DNA of 64,000 nucleotides from Polyangiaceae bacterium (GTDB lineage Bacteria; Myxococcota_A; Polyangia; Polyangiales; Polyangiaceae): NCBI GenBank assembly GCA_033763455.1, contig JANRKO010000060.1, positions 1 to 64,000 of the forward strand, read 5' to 3'. Shown piece by piece: positions 55,179 to 64,000 of this stretch (position 1 is its first letter; each line of letters starts with the position of its first letter). The notes under the pieces were generated by a model. It saw only the letters and a program-made list of their open reading frames with translations, ran no database searches and was not told where the DNA came from. The position numbers and the translations under genes were made by a program.

Positions 55179-56075
55179 CTATGCGTCGCGGAGCAGGCGA
55201 CCGAGCTCTTGCCCTGCCTCATGCGCGGCCTCGACGGAGTTTGGCCAAGGCACGGTGAGTTCGCGCCGTCGACCTCGAGTGCAGTCTTCTTCGGAGAGAA
55301 ACCCACGGACAAAGAGCTGTGCTCCTCGTTTTTGCCCGTAGGCGGCCACGGGAGTTTTGCAGTCGCCCGAGACGTACGCCATCACACCGCGTTCGGCAGC
55401 CGTGCACAACCAAGTCTCGGTGTGCTGGGTGGCAGCGAGCAAATCACGTAGGCGAGAGTCGTCAGCTCGACACTCAATCGCTAGGGCGCCTTGACCAATC
55501 GCCGGGATGAACAAATCGGAATCCAAGACCTCGGTGGTGAGCTCACCACGGCCGAGACGATTGAGGCCAGCCTGGGCCAAGAGCACGGCATCTACGGTTC
55601 CAGATTCACACTTCTTAATGCGGGTATCGACGTTACCACGAAGTGGCACCACTTCGAGCTCTGGAAATAGGCTGAGAAGTTGTGCTTTTCTGCGCAACGA
55701 GGAACTGCCCACCACACTCTTAGGCGGCAACTCTCGGAGTGGACGACCCGTGCGCGTGATGACGGCGTCCCGCGGATCTTCGCGCTCGGGAACACTGGCG
55801 ATTACAAGCCCAGAAAGAAGCTCGGCCGGCAGATCTTTCATCGAATGAACGGCGACATCCGCAGAACCATCTAAGATGGCTTGCTCGATTTCCTTCACGA
55901 ACAGCCCCTTGCCCCCCACTTCACTGAGCGAGCGATCTTGAATGCGATCGCCCTCGGTGGTGACGTGCAATTCTGCGACAGTAAGCCCGGGGTGAAGCGC
56001 TTCGAGCCCGCGGATCCAGGCCCGGCATTGGGCCAAGGCTAGTGCACTCTTTCGGGTGGCGACGGTGATCTTCAT
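55179..56075 (-). CDS. hemC: Hydroxymethylbilane synthase
   Basis: ATRKSALALAQ, GGKGLFVKEI, AVHSMKD, GSSSLRR, LRGNVDTR, GDCKTP. Confidence 0.97.
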   Translation of the reverse strand: MKITVATRKSALALAQCRAWIRGLEALHPGLTVAELHVTTEGDRIQDRSLSEVGGKGLFVKEIEQAILDGSADVAVHSMKDLPAELLSGLVIASVPEREDPRDAVITRTGRPLRELPPKSVVGSSSLRRKAQLLSLFPELEVVPLRGNVDTRIKKCESGTVDAVLLAQAGLNRLGRGELTTEVLDSDLFIPAIGQGALAIECRADDSRLRDLLAATQHTETWLCTAAERGVMAYVSGDCKTPVAAYGQKRGAQLFVRGFLSEEDCTRGRRRELTVPWPNSVEAAHEAGQELGRLLRDA

Positions 56076-57451
56076 TTCTCTCCGGTGCTCGGGTGAGCTG
56101 ATGGCTGAGCTTTGGGGGGAGTGTGGGTAGGGTTGGAATCGAGCTCGGTTGCTCGCAGGCTGGCGAGCTCGTTCTCATCATCGAGCGCAAACGCAGAGCT
56201 TACGGTGCTGAGCAAGAGCTCAAGAGGTGTCTCCTCAAGGGTTGGTTCCGAAGCTGCTTTCTTTAGGAACGTGGAGGGCGCGTGCATGAGCTTATTCAGG
56301 GAGGCTTCCAACATACGAGCCAGGGCCTCGCGTTCGGCGTTACCGAGGTGCTTTAAACGCCCGCGCAAGCTGCGATCGAGCTCACCTTCAAGAACGAGTC
56401 GGAAGCGCTCTCGGAGGGCAACAATGGTGGGGGTAACCTGCATGGTTTCCACCCAACGATCAAATTGCAGAGCCTCGTTCTGGATGATGCTTTCGGCGCG
56501 TTCCGCTTCCTGCTTACGCGCGTCGAGCGAATCAGACACAACTTTGGAAAGATCGTCGACGTTGTATAGAAACACGCCGTCGAGGTTGTTGGTTTCCGGA
56601 TCGATGTCCCGCGGTACTGCAAGATCGATCAAGAATAAGCTGCGTTCTCTGCGAAAGCGGTACGCTTCCTTGAGCATCTCCAGCGTGACCACATAGTGGG
56701 GAGCGCTGGTGCTCGTGATCACCATGTCAGCCTCCTTCAGACTGGCCAAGAGCTCTTCCCAGGCGCGCGGTTGGCCACCGACAGTTTTGGCGATCTCCGC
56801 CGCACGCTCGGTATTTCTACCTAGGACCCAGAGCCGTGCCCCCGCCGCCCCCAGGAGCTTAGCCGCGGCCTCTGCCATCTCCCCCGAACCGATAAGGAGC
56901 GCACGTTTTCCGGTCAGATCTCCGAAGATTTGTTTGGCGAGATCTACGGCAACGCTCGGCACCGATACCTGCCCTGCACCGATATTCGTTTCTGTGCGAA
57001 CACGCTTGGCTGTTCGCAGCGCTCGTGTCACGGCGCGGTGCAGAGAGGCTCCCACCGTGCCGCACTCACGAGCATTTTCGTAGGCTTGCTTCAATTGCCC
57101 CAATATCTGCGGTTCCCCGAGCACCATGGAATCCAGGGAAGAGGCGACTCGGAACAGGTGTTGGACGGCGAGGTTGCCAGAATGCGTGTACAAGTGCGCT
57201 GCAACTTCTGGAGCACTATGAGTGAGCTGCGCTACCGCTTCTTTTGCTACCAGTGGGAGGTCCGCCTCGCGCCCTTCCTTGCCGGCGACGAAGAGCTCCA
57301 CGCGGTTACAGGTTGACAGCAATATGGCTTCACCGATGTTGCCGGTAGCGCATCCGCGCAGGAGGGCCTGGGCGCGCTCCTTATCAATCGCCAGCCGCTC
57401 ACGTACGGCAATCGGTGCCGTCTTATGCGAGAGCCCCACGACAACAATCAC
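56072..57451 (-). CDS. hemA: Glutamyl-tRNA reductase
   Basis: VGLSHKTAP..VRE, LSTCNRVE, SLDSMVLGEPQILGQ, IDLAVPRDI. GTG start overlaps the upstream stop. Confidence 0.97.
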   Translation of the reverse strand: MIVVVGLSHKTAPIAVRERLAIDKERAQALLRGCATGNIGEAILLSTCNRVELFVAGKEGREADLPLVAKEAVAQLTHSAPEVAAHLYTHSGNLAVQHLFRVASSLDSMVLGEPQILGQLKQAYENARECGTVGASLHRAVTRALRTAKRVRTETNIGAGQVSVPSVAVDLAKQIFGDLTGKRALLIGSGEMAEAAAKLLGAAGARLWVLGRNTERAAEIAKTVGGQPRAWEELLASLKEADMVITSTSAPHYVVTLEMLKEAYRFRRERSLFLIDLAVPRDIDPETNNLDGVFLYNVDDLSKVVSDSLDARKQEAERAESIIQNEALQFDRWVETMQVTPTIVALRERFRLVLEGELDRSLRGRLKHLGNAEREALARMLEASLNKLMHAPSTFLKKAASEPTLEETPLELLLSTVSSAFALDDENELASLRATELDSNPTHTPPKAQPSAHPSTGEK

Positions 57452-58269
57452 AAAGAGCCACCCAGCGAAGGCCTCAAGATGTAGAGCAAGATCACGAGCA
57501 AGATGCTGGTAACGCCAGCTACCGTGCCATATGCTGCTCGCCGCCCGCTCCAACCGAGGATTGCTCGCAACAACAGCACCCCCGCAACGATGAGCCACGT
57601 GCCGTACGCAAGCCCGGCTCGAAGCAATGCCGCCCCCGAAGCATCAGCCAGGTTCCCCGCGAAAATGCCGCCACTTACCACGCCGAACGTTAGCAGTGGA
57701 AAGCCCGCCAACAACAAACGATGCGCCGTGCGATCGAGCGCGCTGAGTGGCGGCAGCCTGTTCATGAGGCTCGAAATTCGGCGCTGCTTGAGCCGGCGTT
57801 CTTCCACCAGGTAGAAGCTAGAAGCTGCACCCGCTAGGATGAAAAGAGCAACTCCGGTGAGGTTGCTCGTGACATGCAGCGCTAGCAGCACGCGCGGGAT
57901 ATCACTGCTCACCGCTTGCTTGCCAACAAACTGTGCGCTGATGAGGAATGTAAGGGCGCCGGGAGCCACTACAGCGCCCAGGGCGTTGAACTTGTAGCGG
58001 GCACGAATTGCCAGAAAAACAACAGCTGCTATCAACGCCGTGAAGCTGAGGCCAAAATGCATGGACTCCACGGGGCAGATGCGCGTGAGGAAGCTCGCGA
58101 TCACAATATGCGCTAGGTGGCTCAGAGCTCCCGCTCCCAAGAGCCAGGGTGCGAGCCGCACCAAACGTTGCGCACCATCTTTGCGCGCGAGATCGACGAA
58201 GAACAGCGTTGCCGCGGCGGAATAGCCAATGACACCGAATAAAAATGCGACCGAGGCCAACTGCTCCAT
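57448..58269 (-). CDS. ccsA: Cytochrome c assembly protein (CcsA/HemX-like)
   Basis: About 8 TM helices, conserved His (LHVTS), LPPLSALDR, GWSGRRAA, and the typical position upstream of hemA. Confidence 0.8.
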   Translation of the reverse strand: MEQLASVAFLFGVIGYSAAATLFFVDLARKDGAQRLVRLAPWLLGAGALSHLAHIVIASFLTRICPVESMHFGLSFTALIAAVVFLAIRARYKFNALGAVVAPGALTFLISAQFVGKQAVSSDIPRVLLALHVTSNLTGVALFILAGAASSFYLVEERRLKQRRISSLMNRLPPLSALDRTAHRLLLAGFPLLTFGVVSGGIFAGNLADASGAALLRAGLAYGTWLIVAGVLLLRAILGWSGRRAAYGTVAGVTSILLVILLYILRPSLGGSL

Positions 58270-58324
58270 GGGTTTGGGGTAAGCTTGTCCGCTTTGCTGG
58301 CCCTAGCAAGGGCCGTTGTTTTGC

Positions 58325-59725
58325 TCAGTAACCTTTACGCACCAAGCCGCGGTCGCCCGCAACGATTTCTTGTCGGGTTTCGAGTACGATGGCTACCGAG
58401 CTTTGCTTCTCGGTGCGGAGGATTCGGAGTTCCGCCACGGCTTCTGCCGGAAAAGTGCTTTCGTCACCGGTGGTGGGCGTATCCTCGGTGACCACGGGTT
58501 CGGGCGCTGTCATCTTCACGCGAGCGCGTCCGAATCGCGAAGTGGTGGAAAGGCTGCGCCGCCAGGTGTCACCTTTGCGCACGATGAGCACGGTGTTGCC
58601 CGCTTCAAGCCCGTCGTCGCTGCCTTTATCCAAAAACACCAACTGATATTGCCCGAGGAAAACGAGCGGATACGGGCTCGCGACGACTTGGGTCCAAAGA
58701 TCGGTGCTGTTGGGGCGCTTGGTAATCTTGTCGAGGCGTTGGTCGTTCGGTGTGACCTTCGCTCCGCGCTCAATCACGTCAGAGGATTCCGCGATAAGTG
58801 CCCGCGCTATGCGCGTTTCCGGATTGAAATGGTCCACCACCAAGGTGCCCTGAATAGCTACTACCTCTCCCGGCGGGCGCCGGGCGCCGGGTACGTCGGG
58901 CGCGCGATGTTGCTCGCGGAAAACCGTGAACTTATCGCCCACGCGCACATCTTTGCCGGCTTCTACCTGCACGTACACATGGTTCCCCTGCGACAGCAGC
59001 AGAGCATCTTCAACGGCGCCTATGATCTCGCCCCACACATCCCGCGAAGGATCCCCAATGTAGCTAAAGTCGCGGAGGAAGACCGTACTATCAGAGCCTC
59101 GGCCGGGAGCTAACGAGGCTCGGCTGCTGCCGTTGCCGGAGCCGCCCCCGATGCTCCGCGTTAACTGGGACGGAAAGCGAGCGGTGTCGAGCGCGAGGGT
59201 AGGATCGGAAATGCGCAGTTGATCGCCCGGGTAGATCCAATGAGGATTTTGCACCTGTGGGTTGAAGCTCCACACCTTGGGCCAGGACCAAGGGTTGTTG
59301 TAGTAGTGGGCGCAAAGGTCCCACAAAGTATCGCCCTTCTTTACAACGTGTAGCTCGGGCGTGCGCGAGGGGGCTTCGGTTCGCAAGATGCCAGTGGCGC
59401 CCGAAGCTCCCCGAACGACGGTGCCTTTTGAAGAACGACCCAGATCGAAGGTGTCTTTCTCTCCACCTGAGCGTGGTCGCGATGAAGATGGTAACCCCGC
59501 GTTAATATCCACGCCTGGCTGGGGAAAGCCTGGCGGCGGCACGTACGTGGAGGTGGTGGTCGTCGTGGTGGTGGTTCCAGTGGCGCCTGAGCTGGAGCTG
59601 CCGGTGTTCACGCTGCCCTCTGACGTGTTGATGGTGAGCGAATCATTGGCTTGGCCCCAGGCGGCTGGTGCGACAACGCCGGTGGCGAGTGCGGTGAGAA
59701 GGGCGAGCGATGGGTGCATTTTCAT
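58325..59725 (-). CDS. LysM peptidoglycan-binding protein (TsaP-like)
   Basis: Signal peptide and HVVKKGDTLWDL...NPWSWPKVWSFNPQVQNPHWIYPGD. Confidence 0.85.
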   Translation of the reverse strand: MKMHPSLALLTALATGVVAPAAWGQANDSLTINTSEGSVNTGSSSSGATGTTTTTTTTSTYVPPPGFPQPGVDINAGLPSSSRPRSGGEKDTFDLGRSSKGTVVRGASGATGILRTEAPSRTPELHVVKKGDTLWDLCAHYYNNPWSWPKVWSFNPQVQNPHWIYPGDQLRISDPTLALDTARFPSQLTRSIGGGSGNGSSRASLAPGRGSDSTVFLRDFSYIGDPSRDVWGEIIGAVEDALLLSQGNHVYVQVEAGKDVRVGDKFTVFREQHRAPDVPGARRPPGEVVAIQGTLVVDHFNPETRIARALIAESSDVIERGAKVTPNDQRLDKITKRPNSTDLWTQVVASPYPLVFLGQYQLVFLDKGSDDGLEAGNTVLIVRKGDTWRRSLSTTSRFGRARVKMTAPEPVVTEDTPTTGDESTFPAEAVAELRILRTEKQSSVAIVLETRQEIVAGDRGLVRKGY

Positions 59726-60168
59726 GGCGTGCCTGGGCGAGCAGCGGGGCTCTTGGGCTTGGGTTCGGTGGCCTTAAGATCGGCTCCTGTGCCACTTATC
59801 ACGAGCCGGTCGGCGGAATCTTCGGAGGTATCCACTGGAGATTGGTTTGCAGCTGGCGAAGCTGGGTCGGTAGCGGTGGCCGGCTCCGTTTCTGCTCCCG
59901 GTACCAACCGAACGACGGGCAGTCCTCGAGGACCGGTTGGGTTCGAGCGAGCGGAAGCTGAAGCTGCTTCCATGACGCTCACACGCTCTGCAAGCCGATC
60001 GCACTCCCGCTCTAGCTGGGCCACTTGCTCACGCAGCGCGCTCACCGATTTGTCCTCGCGCGCGGGACTTGCGGCACAACCCCCGGTAAAGCAGATGATG
60101 GCGCTCAGGCTGAACGCCGCCTTCAGGCGAAAGACACGCAGCCACTTCAGGACGAAGGCAGACTCCAT
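59722..60168 (-). CDS. Hypothetical lipoprotein with short coiled coil
   Basis: Lipobox TGGC, LREQVAQLERECDRLAERVSVME, and an ATGA overlap with the LysM gene. Confidence 0.65.
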   Translation of the reverse strand: MESAFVLKWLRVFRLKAAFSLSAIICFTGGCAASPAREDKSVSALREQVAQLERECDRLAERVSVMEAASASARSNPTGPRGLPVVRLVPGAETEPATATDPASPAANQSPVDTSEDSADRLVISGTGADLKATEPKPKSPAARPGTP

Positions 60169-60375
60169 AGTTCCGCGATCGTAGGTAAGGGGACCCGCTG
60201 GGCCAAATCCTTAGTGCGGCTCGCGTCCTGCTTTCTTAGTTACCCGGTCGTTTCGGCTTCCCGTATAAGTGTAAATTCTCTATGGCCTCACCATCTCGGC
60301 GGCCCGGCCGGGAAAGGGGTGCAAAAGCGAAGTCGGGTGCTGGACGAGGACCCGATCGCCGAATAGCTTTGCGCG

Positions 60376-61218
60376 GTGGGTCGTCCCAACCTTCGTCGAC
60401 GCCGCCCGCGGCGCCTAGATCTGCGGAAGACTCTGTTTGTCGTTCCGAACCTGCTCACATTGTGCAGCGTTTTCTGCGGCTTTAATGCCATTTTGACCGT
60501 GTCCCGTGATTCGACCACGGTGGACGATCTCTACCGCGCTGCGATTATCCTCATTTTTGCGATGTTTTTCGACCTCGTCGATGGTCGCGTGGCCCGCTTG
60601 ACCAAGACGCAGAGTTCCTTTGGTCTTCAACTAGACTCGCTGGCAGATGTGATTTCGTTTGGAGTCGCCCCCGCGTTGCTCGTCTATAAGTGGGTCTTAT
60701 TTCGCTATCCCAACCCTGGGATTTTTGTCGGATTTTTGTTCGTGGGCTGCGCGGCCGTACGGCTCGCGCGCTTCAATGTGCTCGCCTCGGACGTGAGTGG
60801 CGCGCCCGCCAAGCCCGGAAAGTACATCATTGGGCTCCCCACTCCGCCGGCTTCTGGGATCCTCATTTCGCTCTTGGTTGCCAATCACGCGATGGGCGGT
60901 GCGTTGGGCCACGAACGCTATACGTTGATCCTCTTTGGGGTCACCATTCTGCTCTCCTTGCTGATGGTGTCCAATGTTCGCTTCCGTTCGTTCAAAGATT
61001 TGCGCCTGAACGTTGGCACGGTATCGCTGTTGATCCTTGTGGTCGGCTCCAGCATCTTCATCTGGCAGCGCTACAATCCACAGTTTGTTTTGGTTTGGCT
61101 GTTGGGGGCCTACGTGGCCATTGGTTTGATCGAGACGGTTCGCAGCTTCTTTGTAAAGCTCAAGGGCACCGCATTGCCGCCATCGCGGGATTCCGTGCCA
61201 CCGCCCGTTGCGGGATAG
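60376..61218 (+). CDS. pssA: CDP-diacylglycerol--serine O-phosphatidyltransferase
   Basis: PNLLT, DLVDGRVAR...FGLQLDSLADVISFGVAP, RLARFN, GLPTP. Confidence 0.95.
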   Translation: MGRPNLRRRRPRRLDLRKTLFVVPNLLTLCSVFCGFNAILTVSRDSTTVDDLYRAAIILIFAMFFDLVDGRVARLTKTQSSFGLQLDSLADVISFGVAPALLVYKWVLFRYPNPGIFVGFLFVGCAAVRLARFNVLASDVSGAPAKPGKYIIGLPTPPASGILISLLVANHAMGGALGHERYTLILFGVTILLSLLMVSNVRFRSFKDLRLNVGTVSLLILVVGSSIFIWQRYNPQFVLVWLLGAYVAIGLIETVRSFFVKLKGTALPPSRDSVPPPVAG

Positions 61219-61238
61219 TGTTCCAGCCTTTGATTGCC

Positions 61239-61970
61239 ATGGTCACGACGTTTCGGCTCTTGGTGGTGTTTCTGGGTAGCCTGCTTTGCGCGGTCGCCCT
61301 CGGATGTTCCAAGAAGGTTGATTCAGCTAAGCCAGGCGAGGCCGAGGCGCCACATGCCGCTGCCAAAGGGTTGCCTCCGCTTGTGCTCGGCGATGACACC
61401 AAGCACTTGATGTTAACTTGGGTGGATGAGTCTGGGGATTTTAAGGTTGTCGAGAAGATTGCAGACGTTCCAGCGTCCCAGCGCACGCAGGTGCGGGTAG
61501 TGGTGGTGGGGCAAGATGCGGGGACGGGAGAAGCCGTTTACGTGGCAGATCTCACCCAGAAGGACGCGGCTGGGCACTATTCGGTAAAGAGCATGTCTCG
61601 AACCGACTGGGACGGGGTCGGCGCAGCGAAACGCAAAGCGCGCCTGGAGCAACTCGCTCCGGGATCTGAGAAGGCGGAGCAAGCCGCGGCGAACCTGGCC
61701 GATGGTCCGATCATTATTTACGGGGCTTCGTGGTGTAAGCCCTGCCACGACGCTGAGAACTACCTGCGTGGCAAAGGGCTCAAGGTGGTGAAAAAGGATA
61801 TCGAGGAAGATCCTCTGGCCAACCAAGAAATGCGCGAGAAGCTCCAGCGCTCGCACTTGCCCGGCGCCTCTATCCCGATCATCGATATCCGAGGCCGCTT
61901 GCTCGTTGGCTTCAGCGCCGGCGCCATCGATGAAGCCTTGCAGGCTACTGGGAAAACCAAGACGCTCTGA
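61239..61970 (+). CDS. Glutaredoxin-domain lipoprotein
   Basis: Lipobox ALGC and YGASWCKPC...KDIE...SIPIIDI.G..LVGFS. Confidence 0.85.
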   Translation: MVTTFRLLVVFLGSLLCAVALGCSKKVDSAKPGEAEAPHAAAKGLPPLVLGDDTKHLMLTWVDESGDFKVVEKIADVPASQRTQVRVVVVGQDAGTGEAVYVADLTQKDAAGHYSVKSMSRTDWDGVGAAKRKARLEQLAPGSEKAEQAAANLADGPIIIYGASWCKPCHDAENYLRGKGLKVVKKDIEEDPLANQEMREKLQRSHLPGASIPIIDIRGRLLVGFSAGAIDEALQATGKTKTL

Positions 61971-61977
61971 GGGGTTC

Positions 61978-63303
61978 GTGCGCGAATACAACTTTGACGG
62001 TCTCGTTGGCCCAACCCACCAATACGCCGGGTTGAGCCACGGCAATCTTGCGAGCACCAAACACCGTGGCACGCTCGGCAACCCGCGAGCGGCTGCACTT
62101 CAAGGCCTTGGCAAGATGCAAACCTTGGCTCGCTTGGGCGTGGGCCAGGCCGTCTTGCCACCCCAGCCGAGGCCTTTGGTCGGGGCGCTTCGCGCCTTGG
62201 GCTTCGCTGGAACGCACGCACAGGTTTTAGTCGCTGCCCATCAAGAAGCTCCGGAGCTCTTGCTGGCCTGTTCGAGCGCCTCTGCGATGTGGGCAGCCAA
62301 CGCAGCCACGGTGGCGCCCAGTACGGACACAGGCGATGGCCGCGTGCATTTTACCGTCGCCAACTTATCTTCGATGTTTCACCGCAGCTTGGAGGCACGC
62401 CAAACCGAGGCCACGTTATCCGCCATTTTTGCCGATGAATCGCGATTTGTGGTGCACCCGGCGTTACCTTCCGGCACACACTTTTCCGACGAAGGAGCGG
62501 CTAATCACACACGCTTGCTCGTGCCAGGGGTGAACGCCCTGCATCTGTTCGGCTGGGGCCGTAGGGGGTTTGGCAACCAAGCGAACTTGCCCTCGCGCTT
62601 TCCCGCCCGCCAAACCCTGGAAGCAAGCCAGGCTGTGGCCCGATTGCACCAGCTACCCCAAGAGTCCATCTTGTTTTGGCAGCAGGCGCCACAAGGTATC
62701 GACCAAGGAGCGTTTCACACGGATGTGCTGGCCGTAGGGCACAACCATTTCTTTCTGTTTCACGAGCAAGCGTTCTGCGAGCCGGAGAAGCTGGAAGCAG
62801 AATTGCAGCGCCGCCTTTCCGGGCAACTCGTGTTGCGGCGGGTGAGCGAAGCAGAGCTTGGCGTACCAGAGGCTGTACAATCCTACCTCTTCAACAGCCA
62901 ACTCGTGACGCTCCCCGCGGGTGGTATGGCGATTCTGGTGCCGGAGGAGGTGCGAGCCAATTCGCAGGCAGAAGCCTTGCTGCAGCAGCTCTTGGCGGAG
63001 CCGAACCCGCTTTGCTCCATCTTGGACGCTGATGTGAACGCGTCGATGAAAAATGGGGGAGGCCCTGCGTGTTTGCGGCTACGGGTGGTGCTTTCGGACC
63101 AAGAAGTCCAGAGTGTGCGCGGTCGCGTATTTCTCGACGAAGCGCTCGGGCTTGAGCTTACAACCTTTATTGGGCGCCGCTACCGCGACCAGCTGGCGCT
63201 AGAAGATCTTCGCGATCCGATGTTCTTACTCGAAGTGGAAACGCTGCTCGATGAGCTCACCCAGATCTTGCAGCTTGGGTCCATTTACCCATTTCAGCGC
63301 TGA
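61978..63303 (+). CDS. astB: N-succinylarginine dihydrolase
   Basis: EYNFDGLVGPTHQYAGLSHGN, SASAMWAANAATV, DEGAANH, FHTDV, SMKNGGGPACLRLRV, YPFQ. Confidence 0.97.
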   Translation: MREYNFDGLVGPTHQYAGLSHGNLASTKHRGTLGNPRAAALQGLGKMQTLARLGVGQAVLPPQPRPLVGALRALGFAGTHAQVLVAAHQEAPELLLACSSASAMWAANAATVAPSTDTGDGRVHFTVANLSSMFHRSLEARQTEATLSAIFADESRFVVHPALPSGTHFSDEGAANHTRLLVPGVNALHLFGWGRRGFGNQANLPSRFPARQTLEASQAVARLHQLPQESILFWQQAPQGIDQGAFHTDVLAVGHNHFFLFHEQAFCEPEKLEAELQRRLSGQLVLRRVSEAELGVPEAVQSYLFNSQLVTLPAGGMAILVPEEVRANSQAEALLQQLLAEPNPLCSILDADVNASMKNGGGPACLRLRVVLSDQEVQSVRGRVFLDEALGLELTTFIGRRYRDQLALEDLRDPMFLLEVETLLDELTQILQLGSIYPFQR

Positions 63304-63321
63304 TGGACGCGGTCGGCCATT

Positions 63322-64000
63322 TCAGCTAGGAGCGTGCGGAAAAAGCGCGGTTTGCCCGTCTTCGTGGATCTCCAGCACCCCGTCCACACCGGGCGCCTGA
63401 AAATCAGCCACGTTATTCAGGCGGGCGGCTACTTGTTGGTCGACCCAGCACAAAAGCTCTTCACCAGCGGGTGGCGTGTTGTTCACTTCGACGAGCAACG
63501 CCGAGGAGCGTACTTTGGGTCGCCGGTACAGTGCATGTTCGAGCAGGGCGTGCCCAAACAAAAAAATCTGCACGGGCGATTCTTGTCCATGTGAATGCAG
63601 CACGACGCTTCCCCCCTCATCGAACACCGTGAGCGCATCTTGTTCCCGTGTGCGGGCGCCAGGAAGGCGCGTGGCACCGTGCGGAACCCATTCAGAGAGT
63701 GCGCGAAACTGACGGGCGTGCAAGGCGCGTTTGGCTCGTGGAAAGGCTGACCAGATCAGCACATTAAAAAGATCGTGGTAGCTACTCGCAAAGCAAGGAA
63801 CCTGAGAACGGAGGTGAATGCTGCCGTCGTAAAGGGTCGAGAGCACTATAGGCTGGGTCTTTGGGGCACGGTGCCGCTTCGGGGTGGGCTCCACGAACGT
63901 AACGGGTTGGCACTCCGGGGCCCACTTGGCCCGCCGCTGCTCAACAAATTCTGTATACTCGATGAGCGTTGGCCAGCGCGAAAAGCCCGTGAAATAAGCC
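63322..64000 (-). CDS. DUF3025 domain protein (5' end beyond the window)
   Basis: YDGSI...VP...HDLFNVLIW.AFP.AK.ALH...DALTVFDEGG...FGHALLE. The frame stays open to the window edge. Confidence 0.85.
   Translation of the reverse strand, partial: AYFTGFSRWPTLIEYTEFVEQRRAKWAPECQPVTFVEPTPKRHRAPKTQPIVLSTLYDGSIHLRSQVPCFASSYHDLFNVLIWSAFPRAKRALHARQFRALSEWVPHGATRLPGARTREQDALTVFDEGGSVVLHSHGQESPVQIFLFGHALLEHALYRRPKVRSSALLVEVNNTPPAGEELLCWVDQQVAARLNNVADFQAPGVDGVLEIHEDGQTALFPHAPS

Noticed and set aside
58316..59113. 265-aa same-strand alternative-frame ORF inside the LysM gene
   Set aside because: No motifs; a shadow ORF of a well-supported CDS.
60690..61238. N-terminal extension of the 426-aa ORF overlapping pssA
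   Set aside because: Out-of-frame overlap with pssA; the lipoprotein signal begins at ATG 61239.
61730..61750. CKPCH as a heme-c binding motif
   Set aside because: The context YGASWCKPC...IP is a glutaredoxin active site, and the His is incidental.
1..64000. rRNA, tRNA, CRISPR arrays, prophage genes and the many antisense ORFs in the track
   Set aside because: None recognised by eye. Antisense ORFs mirror well-supported genes, as expected in GC-rich DNA. A covariance-model search was not possible.

Overview
GC-rich bacterial chromosomal window. It is most likely from a myxobacterium (Polyangiaceae/Sorangiineae-like), inferred from the Gly/Cys-rich lipoproteins, repeated DUF1592/DUF1552 pairs and a TonB-fused receptor. 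Bases 1-15012 look like an accessory island: the left end of an IS3 element, a yeeABC-type (dnmA-like) methyltransferase/helicase/GIY-YIG cluster, an OM barrel protein, a two-gene lipoprotein operon whose large member ends in a Tc-toxin A-subunit-like coiled-coil/TcB-binding-like module with no TcB/TcC in the window, and two divergent toxin-antitoxin pairs. Bases 15048-~19900 hold a CotH / membrane protein / VTC (polyP polymerase-like) / DUF4956 operon. Bases 20-45 kb contain four heme-c protein + Tat-substrate gene pairs, an LtaS-like sulfatase coupled to a TonB-fused receptor, several surface lipoproteins and a frameshifted pseudogene. Bases 45-64 kb are mostly housekeeping: S1 protein, GGDEF, DUF3015/DUF4105, gcvPB, ccsA-hemA-hemC, LysM, pssA, glutaredoxin, astB, DUF3025. 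No rRNA, tRNA or CRISPR array was seen. All family calls come from motif recognition by eye, not database searches. Best candidates for undescribed biology: the lipid-anchored TcA-like protein, the CotH-VTC-DUF4956 operon, the nuclease-less MmeI three-gene module, and the repeated heme-c/Tat pairs.
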